Part shown: positions 16,960-22,604 of the stretch, piece after piece
How positions within the stretch are numbered: position 1 is the stretch's first letter
Layout of the letters: each line of letters opens with the position of its first letter
Assembly (NCBI GenBank): GCA_024277355.1
Contig: JAJRVL010000002.1
Coordinates: forward strand, 30,001-62,000
Source: an archaeon
GTDB taxonomy: Archaea > Iainarchaeota > Iainarchaeia > Iainarchaeales > 1-14-0-10-31-34
DNA: 32,000 nucleotides
Direction: 5' to 3'
Program-made: the position numbers and the translations under genes
Notes under the pieces: generated by a model
The model's input: the letters and a program-made list of their open reading frames with translations, nothing else
Told to the model about the DNA's origin: nothing
Database searches by the model: none

Positions 16960-18174
16960 CTAAAAAGCAAACAAAAACAGTATTCCTGCAAGTATCAGCA
17001 ATACAATTCCCATTAATAATTTCATGTTTCTTTTGTTTTGTTTTTCCCAGTTAGTGATTTTTTCTGTCATTTTTTTGTTGCCTGCAACTAATAAAATTAT
17101 TATTAACGGAACAACAAACATTATATTGTAAATTGTAAGGAAAACCATTCCTTGCATAAATGTTGTTTGAATTGCAAGCAATGAAAGTATTCCTACATAA
17201 ACTCCTCCGCTGCATGGAAAAGTGCATAATCCAACCAAAAAGCCAAGTATTGCAACAGAAACAAGAGTTAAGTTTGTCATTCTCTTTTTTATCATTGGAG
17301 AAGCAAAAGAAGGCATTTTTAAGCTAAACCATTTGCCGTAAAAAAAGTAATCTTTAAAGTTAATTAAAGCCAAAAACAGCATTAAAAACACACTGATTTT
17401 TCCAAATAAATGCGGAATTCCTGTAATTAATATTGCCTGAAGTAAACCTAATCCAATCAAAAAATAAGCAACAAAAATTGCTGCAATAAATACTCCTCCA
17501 ACTTTCCAGACTTCTGTTTTTGTGCGGTTAATCGAATAAAGAAATGCAATGAAAAATAATAATACTCCGAAAGCACAGGGATTAATTCCATCTAATAATC
17601 CTGTAATTAAAACCAAAGGTAAAAGCTGAATGAAATCCAAATTATTATTTTTTAATTCTTTTGGGGTTGTCAGTGAATTCTTGTTTTTATTAAACCAGTT
17701 TAAATAAACTGAAATTGGTTTATTAATTTTGTATTCTTTTATTTCTCCTTTAAATGCCCAGACTTTATAGTTTTTTGCGTTTTCCATTTCGTCTTGAAAC
17801 ACAACAATTTTTTCAATGCTTTTATCAATTAAAATATCTTTGATTATTTGTTCAGGGACATGCCCTTCAAGAATTATTTTGTTGTCAATAAAAATAGTAA
17901 AATGACCTTGTAATTGAGATGGAATACTTAATTTTTTGCTTAATTCATTTAATTCAATTCTATTTTCTTTTTCACTTATAAAATCTTTTTTTTCAACTTT
18001 AATGCTGTATGATTCAAGCAATGGTTCAATGTTGTCTTCTATATACATTGTACAGCCGTGGCATGCTTTATTATAGTAAATTACTGCGTTTTTGTATTCT
18101 GTTGCAAAAGAAAACGCAGGAACTAACAGTAAAAATAATAATAATACAATAATTTTTTTTGTCATTTTTTTCAT
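16960..18174 (-). CDS. Fusion of a secreted CopG/DUF411-like domain with a CcdA/DsbD-type transmembrane thiol-disulfide transfer domain
   Basis: 404 aa. After the signal peptide comes VIYYNKACHGCTMYIED..IPSQLQGHFTIFIDNKIILEGHVPEQIIKDIL; the EGHVP block and an early Cys motif are as I recall for DUF411. The 6-TM half has GINPCAFGVLLFF and LCTFPCSGGVYVG, one Cys in each half as in CcdA. Confidence 0.75.
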   Translation of the reverse strand: MKKMTKKIIVLLLFLLLVPAFSFATEYKNAVIYYNKACHGCTMYIEDNIEPLLESYSIKVEKKDFISEKENRIELNELSKKLSIPSQLQGHFTIFIDNKIILEGHVPEQIIKDILIDKSIEKIVVFQDEMENAKNYKVWAFKGEIKEYKINKPISVYLNWFNKNKNSLTTPKELKNNNLDFIQLLPLVLITGLLDGINPCAFGVLLFFIAFLYSINRTKTEVWKVGGVFIAAIFVAYFLIGLGLLQAILITGIPHLFGKISVFLMLFLALINFKDYFFYGKWFSLKMPSFASPMIKKRMTNLTLVSVAILGFLVGLCTFPCSGGVYVGILSLLAIQTTFMQGMVFLTIYNIMFVVPLIIILLVAGNKKMTEKITNWEKQNKRNMKLLMGIVLLILAGILFLFAF

Positions 18175-18590
18175 CTCACAATATTTGCTTTTAATTCTAT
18201 TTCTATTTCAGGTTTTTCAATATCATTGCTTTTTACATAAACAATTCTTTCTATTTTTCCTTCAATACCTTTTTCCATTAAATTCGGGTCAATTGTTACA
18301 AGAAGTTTTGCTGTTTCTCCTGAATTAATTAATTTTTTGTCAATTGTTCCTTTTGTGCATCCGCAGGAAGTGCTTATTCCTGTTATTTCAAGAATTCCTG
18401 TTCCCTTATTTTTAACAAAAAAAACATATTCTATTTTTTCGTAAGGAACATTTCCAAAATCATAAAATTCAGGGGTAATTTCTATTTTTGGTTTATTGTT
18501 TTCTAAACTTTGATTTTCAGGAATTGAAATACACCCTGAAAAAATAATCAATGTTATAATCCCTATTCCTAAAAGAAATTTTTTTTTCAT
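18171..18590 (-). CDS. DUF1573-like lipoprotein (SCGCT motif)
   Basis: 139 aa. The signal peptide ends in FSGC. YDFGNVPYEKIEYVFFVKNKGTGILEITGISTSCGCTKG matches the DUF1573 pattern. A 4-nt ATGA overlap links it to the next gene. Confidence 0.75.
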   Translation of the reverse strand: MKKKFLLGIGIITLIIFSGCISIPENQSLENNKPKIEITPEFYDFGNVPYEKIEYVFFVKNKGTGILEITGISTSCGCTKGTIDKKLINSGETAKLLVTIDPNLMEKGIEGKIERIVYVKSNDIEKPEIEIELKANIVR

Positions 18591-18593
18591 TTT

Positions 18594-19187
18594 TTATGCC
18601 ACCTGGTTGACATTTATTTTTACTTTTTTTTCTGAATTTAAGGGATCGTCTGAATAAATTGAAACTATCCTTGTTACTGGCCCTCTTAAATCAGGGTGTG
18701 CAGTAGGATCATAAAAAATCTTTAATTGTGCTTCTTCTCCTGGTTCTAATATTTGTTTATAGCCGGGATTATTATGCATGCCAAATACAGGGCTTTGAAT
18801 TCCATTTATTATTATAACAGCGGTAGTGCACATACAAGAAGACTTTAATCCGTTTAATACTAGTTTTCCTTTTCCTTTATTTATTATTTCCATTGAAGTG
18901 CTTACTGTTCCTTTTCTAATGCTGACTGTTCCAAAATCATGAACTTCAGAACTAATTGTTATTAAGCCTGAACCTCTTGGATCAGGAGAATTATCAATTA
19001 TTCCCTGAATTAAAAACAAAGCAATTAATCCTAAAACTAAAACACCTATTCCAATTTTAATTATTTTTTTTCCTGTTTTTCTTCTGCTTAAATTTTTTTC
19101 TTCTTTATCTGTTTTTTCCTGTCTTAATTTTTTTTTAAGTTCTTTTTTTTCTCTTTTGCTTAATCCTTCAAAATCAGGTCTATTCAT
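18594..19187 (-). CDS. DUF1573-like protein, CMCT variant with a Met/His insertion
   Basis: 197 aa with a Lys-rich head, a TM segment and HDFGTVSIRKGTVSTSMEIINKGKGKLVLNGLKSSCMCTTAVIIINGIQSPVFGMHNNPGY. It is a paralog of 19188..20003. Confidence 0.65.
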   Translation of the reverse strand: MNRPDFEGLSKREKKELKKKLRQEKTDKEEKNLSRRKTGKKIIKIGIGVLVLGLIALFLIQGIIDNSPDPRGSGLITISSEVHDFGTVSIRKGTVSTSMEIINKGKGKLVLNGLKSSCMCTTAVIIINGIQSPVFGMHNNPGYKQILEPGEEAQLKIFYDPTAHPDLRGPVTRIVSIYSDDPLNSEKKVKINVNQVA

Positions 19188-20003
19188 TTATTCCACCTGA
19201 TCAATGTCAATTCTTACTTTTTTTTCAAAATCAACTGAGTCATTTGAAAAAACACTAATAACTCTGACTAAATGTTGTCCTTCAAGTCCTGAATGAACTG
19301 TTGGATCGTAATAAATTTTTAATTGAGCCTGTTGTTTTGGAGGAATAGTTACTGACCATCCTTTTGGATTGCCGTGCATGCTCATTCCAAATATTGGACC
19401 TTCTACTCCATTAAAAATTATTGAAGCAGTAGTGCACATACAGGAAGAATCCATATTATTTATTACTAAATCGCTTTCTCCGTCATTTCTTATTGTCATA
19501 ATTTTGCTTACTGTTCCTTTTCTAACGCTTACTTCTCCAAAATCATATGAATCCGGAGTAATAATTATTTTAGGCCTGTTTTCAGGGGCTCTTTCGGCCA
19601 ATTCAAGTCTTATTTCTTCTTCTAATTTTTTTCCTTCATCTGAAAGAGATTCCATTCCGTATTTTTTTACCATTTTAATTATTGCATCTGTTTTAGAAAT
19701 TTCTGTTTTCTCTAAAGAATCAATATACTCTAGTCTTTCTTTGGCTGAACCGCAGCAAATATTTTCTTTATCTAAAGGCCTGTTGCAGCATGAACAAATA
19801 AATAATCCATAAACTTCGTCTGCTTTAAATGGTTCTGCTAAAATTATTTTTCCTGTAACAGGCGGCATAGTTTTCTCAGAATTTAATGCAACTGGAGTCT
19901 GGGTTATAAATGAATTTGCTAAAAAAATTAAAGAAATAACAATTAAAGCCATTGCTGTAAAATACAATTGATTTTTTTTACTTTTTATTTTTTCTTTATC
20001 CAT
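19188..20003 (-). CDS. Cys-cluster N-domain + DUF1573-like CMCT-variant domain
   Basis: 271 aa with a TM anchor, FICSCCNRPLDKENICCGSAKE, then YDFGEVSVRKGTVSKIMTIRNDGESDLVINNMDSSCMCTTASIIFNGVEGPIFGMSMHGNP. Confidence 0.65.
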   Translation of the reverse strand: MDKEKIKSKKNQLYFTAMALIVISLIFLANSFITQTPVALNSEKTMPPVTGKIILAEPFKADEVYGLFICSCCNRPLDKENICCGSAKERLEYIDSLEKTEISKTDAIIKMVKKYGMESLSDEGKKLEEEIRLELAERAPENRPKIIITPDSYDFGEVSVRKGTVSKIMTIRNDGESDLVINNMDSSCMCTTASIIFNGVEGPIFGMSMHGNPKGWSVTIPPKQQAQLKIYYDPTVHSGLEGQHLVRVISVFSNDSVDFEKKVRIDIDQVE

Positions 20004-20028
20004 TTTTTCACTTTCTTAAAAAGAGGGG

Positions 20029-20050
20029 GAGAAAGCCTTACGGCCTTCTC
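20029..20050 (-). terminator. GC-rich stem-loop GAGAAAGCC-ttac-GGCCTTCTC (one mismatch)
   Basis: 8 of 9 stem positions pair. It lies between the Met/His-rich protein gene and the DUF1573 operon start, so it is a candidate terminator or processing site. Confidence 0.35.
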
Positions 20051-20088
20051 TTGGTTTTAACGCATTATTTAATGCATTAACATTTTTT

Positions 20089-20439
20089 TTAGATGTATTT
20101 TCCTGACATCATAGGGCAGTGTTCTGTCATTTCCTCAAAGTTTCCTGATTCCATTGCCTTTTGCATTTCTTTAAAATCTTCTGAATCCATTGTTTCATGC
20201 ATTTCGTTTATTTCTTCTTTCCAGTTTTCCCCAAGCATTTGTTCGTGAAATTCCTCAAAGTTTCCTTTGTGCATTGTTTTATGCATTTTCTTCATGCCGA
20301 AAAAAGTTTCTTCTGGATTTTCAGTGTTTGAGTTATTTTCAGTATAATTTCCTTCTGAATGTGCTGTAACAGAAACAGAAATAATTCCAAGCAATGCAAC
20401 TACAAAAAGAGAAATTACTGCTGTTTTAAACAAATCCAT
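20089..20439 (-). CDS. Secreted Met/His/Glu-rich repeat protein (putative Cu-binding)
   Basis: 116 aa. After the signal peptide comes FFGMKKMHKTMHKGNFEEFHEQM..EMHETMDSEDFKEMQKAMESGNFEEMTEHCPMM. The GNFEE/DFKEM units repeat. SD is AGGAGATGG. Confidence 0.65.
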   Translation of the reverse strand: MDLFKTAVISLFVVALLGIISVSVTAHSEGNYTENNSNTENPEETFFGMKKMHKTMHKGNFEEFHEQMLGENWKEEINEMHETMDSEDFKEMQKAMESGNFEEMTEHCPMMSGKYI

Positions 20440-20458
20440 TTAACCATCTCCTAAAAGC

Positions 20459-20475
20459 TTTACATTTAATGTAAA
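20459..20475. promoter_or_regulatory. Operator-like palindrome TTTACATT-T-AATGTAAA (box 1)
   Basis: A perfect 17-bp palindrome sits between a TATA-like ATTTAAAAA (20484-20492, minus strand) and the SD of the Met/His-rich protein gene. With flanks, GCTTTACATTTAATGTAAATC is 18/21 identical to box 2. Confidence 0.5.
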
Positions 20476-20496
20476 TCAATCTGTTTTTAAATCTTT

Positions 20497-21213
20497 CTAG
20501 AGTTTTTCTCTTGCCTTGTCTAAAATTAGTGTTTCTTTTCCCATTTTTTTATCTAATTTTCTTTCTTCTAAAATGTCTAATTCTTCAAAATGAATTGGAA
20601 GAAGGCCAAAAGTTCCTGCCTTGACCGAAGAAAAAAATCTTTTAATATTGAAAAAAGAGCCTTTTAAATGCATTAATTCGTGCTTTATTACTGTTCTTAA
20701 TTCATTGTCTTCAAGCAGTTCAATTAATCCTGTTGAAATAAAAATTACTTTTTTGTATCCTGAAACGACAAAAGCATTTGGTTCTGAATTCACAAAAACA
20801 ATTATTTCGGGTTTTGTTATTGAAAGGTTTGCTGCTTCTTCTAAAGCAATTTTTTCTACTTTTTTGTCTTTTGTTTTTGTTATTCCTATTTTCATAAGCA
20901 AAGGAGAAAAAACATATGAGACAATAAAAAATAAGCCTGCAGCAATTAATGCTGTCTGGTGTGCTAAATGAAAAATTGTTGAATAATGTGAATTAGCAAA
21001 AGCAAGAATTAAAAGAAAAGTTATTATTGAAGTTGAAAGAATTGCTTTTGTAAAAAGACTTTGTTTTATTGAAAGTTTTTTTCTAAGTAAAATAAGAATT
21101 AAAATTGAAACAAGGATAAGGGTTATTAAAAAATAGTTAAAAGATGCGAGAAAAGGACTTTGCCCCGCAATACATTCGGTAGCGCATTGTAGTGTTGAAA
21201 CTCCTTCGCCCAT
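20497..21213 (-). CDS. BlaR1/MecR1-like (M56/M48-type) membrane zinc metalloprotease lacking a C-terminal sensor domain
   Basis: 238 aa with three TM segments, then EPNAFVVSGYKKVIFISTGLIELLEDNELRTVIKHELMHL (HExxH). The N-terminal extracytoplasmic end carries CATEC. It is directly downstream of the BlaI-like gene (10-nt gap). Confidence 0.7.
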   Translation of the reverse strand: MGEGVSTLQCATECIAGQSPFLASFNYFLITLILVSILILILLRKKLSIKQSLFTKAILSTSIITFLLILAFANSHYSTIFHLAHQTALIAAGLFFIVSYVFSPLLMKIGITKTKDKKVEKIALEEAANLSITKPEIIVFVNSEPNAFVVSGYKKVIFISTGLIELLEDNELRTVIKHELMHLKGSFFNIKRFFSSVKAGTFGLLPIHFEELDILEERKLDKKMGKETLILDKAREKL

Positions 21214-21223
21214 TTAAAACCTC

Positions 21224-21586
21224 TTATTTAAGTTGTTTTCTCAAATAAGCTACAGAAGAACTTCCAAAAGTATTTTTCAGAAAAGAAAGGAATTTGTCAG
21301 AAATTTCCTCGCTTAATTCTTCTCTGCTGTATTTAGGAGAATAAATGTAAATTAAGCCGCCTTTTCCTTTGAGTATTTTTCTTGTAAGTATTCCTTTTGA
21401 GTGCATTCTGTCTGTTGTAACTGTTATAGTAGTATAAGCAACGTCATTCTTTTTTTTCACTAAATCAAATATTTCTCTGCAGGTGGCTTTTTCTTTTTTC
21501 CATAATGAATCCATTATGTCTGATTCAAGTTTTCCAACTAAAGAATTTAGTCCTTTTTTTTCAAAGTCAATTTTATTTAAATCCAT
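21224..21586 (-). CDS. BlaI/MecI/CopY-family winged-helix repressor
   Basis: 120 aa. LGKLESDIMDSLWKKEKATCREIFDLV..VAYTTITVTTDRMHSKGILTRK..YIYSPK follows the penicillinase-repressor pattern. It has no C-terminal CxCxxxxCxC copper hook. Confidence 0.8.
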   Translation of the reverse strand: MDLNKIDFEKKGLNSLVGKLESDIMDSLWKKEKATCREIFDLVKKKNDVAYTTITVTTDRMHSKGILTRKILKGKGGLIYIYSPKYSREELSEEISDKFLSFLKNTFGSSSVAYLRKQLK

Positions 21587-21633
21587 TGTTTCACTTATTT
21601 ATCTTTTGCAAAATATGTTTATAAATGTATTGC

Positions 21634-21650
21634 TTTACATCTTTTGTAAA
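21634..21650. promoter_or_regulatory. Operator-like inverted repeat TTTACA-N5-TGTAAA (box 2)
   Basis: It lies in the divergent region between the blaI-like gene and 21675..22328, directly after the palindromic TATA box TTTATAAA (21618-21625) and before the SD GGAGGT (21661). An additional ATGTA-N6-TACAT repeat overlaps it at 21625-21640. Confidence 0.5.
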
Positions 21651-21674
21651 TCTTTTACTTGGAGGTATGATTAA

Positions 21675-22328
21675 ATGAATAATACAAAGTTTTTTCTTGT
21701 ATTGCTTGTTGCTTTAACAGCATTAACTCAGATTTATAATCTTTCACTTGAAAATTCAATTTCTTCTGATTTAATAAGTAATGTTGTTTTATCTTCTAAT
21801 GCGGATTCAGCTAACACAGTGACAGCAAATTTATCTAACAGCAATACACAGGAAAAAAAAACGCTTTCTCTTTCTGATATAATTCCTTCCGGGGTTCCTG
21901 AAATTTATGGAACAGAATTAGGAATAAGCTATGATGAACCTGTTGCAGGTTTAGCTGTATTAAAAAAACTTGATACTGCAATTTCTCTTGAAGGAAACTT
22001 ACAGGAAAGATATATTAAAGTAGGAACAAGCATTTCATGCGAATTTTGCTGCGGAGCAAAATCAATTACTTTTTCTGATGGAAGAGCAGCTTGTGGTTGT
22101 GCTCATTCTTATGCAATGAGAGGTTTAGCAAAATATTTGCTTCAAAATCACGCAGACAAATTTACTGATCAGGAAATTTTAAATGAATTAGTTAAATGGA
22201 AAACTTTGTTTTTTCCAAAACAAATGACTAAAAGAGCATTAGAATTAGCTGCACAAGAAGGAACTTATAATCAGGAACTTTTGAATAAAGTTAATTCAAG
22301 TGTTCCAGACATGGTAGGAGGTTGTTAA
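21675..22328 (+). CDS. Secreted Cys-cluster protein ending in PDMVGGC
   Basis: 217 aa with an N-terminal signal/anchor, SCEFCCGAKSITFSDGRAACGCAHSYAMRGL and the C-terminus SSVPDMVGGC followed by the stop. Confidence 0.65.
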   Translation: MNNTKFFLVLLVALTALTQIYNLSLENSISSDLISNVVLSSNADSANTVTANLSNSNTQEKKTLSLSDIIPSGVPEIYGTELGISYDEPVAGLAVLKKLDTAISLEGNLQERYIKVGTSISCEFCCGAKSITFSDGRAACGCAHSYAMRGLAKYLLQNHADKFTDQEILNELVKWKTLFFPKQMTKRALELAAQEGTYNQELLNKVNSSVPDMVGGC

Positions 22329-22329
22329 A

Positions 22330-22575
22330 ATGGATTTAAATAAAATTAGTTTTGATTCACTGCTTTTAGTTTTTGTAGCAGTATTGTTTATTGTTTCTGC
22401 AGTTTCAGCAGTGCAATTAAATGAATTACAGGGAAAAATTGTTTCTTTCAAAGAAACAAGCAGTTCAGTAGTTTCTCTGAGTTCTGATTCATCTTCTAAT
22501 ATTTCTTCATCTTCAAGTGACGAAGAAATTTTAGCAAAACTGAATCAAGCTCCAGATATGGTTGGAGGCTGTTAA
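22330..22575 (+). CDS. Small anchored Ser-rich protein ending in PDMVGGC
   Basis: 81 aa with a TM segment (LLLVFVAVLFIVSAVSAV), a Ser-rich linker and the C-terminus NQAPDMVGGC followed by the stop. It starts 1 nt after the previous stop. Confidence 0.6.
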   Translation: MDLNKISFDSLLLVFVAVLFIVSAVSAVQLNELQGKIVSFKETSSSVVSLSSDSSSNISSSSSDEEILAKLNQAPDMVGGC

Positions 22576-22604
22576 AGCCTCTTTTTATTTCTTTTTATAA
22601 TTAA

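Noticed and set aside
20062-20080. Palindromes GCATTA-tt-TAATGC and TTAATGCATTAA downstream of the Met/His-rich protein gene as a further operator
   Set aside because: They are AT-rich short palindromes of a kind frequent by chance here. They show no similarity to the TACA/TGTA boxes and lie at a 3' end.
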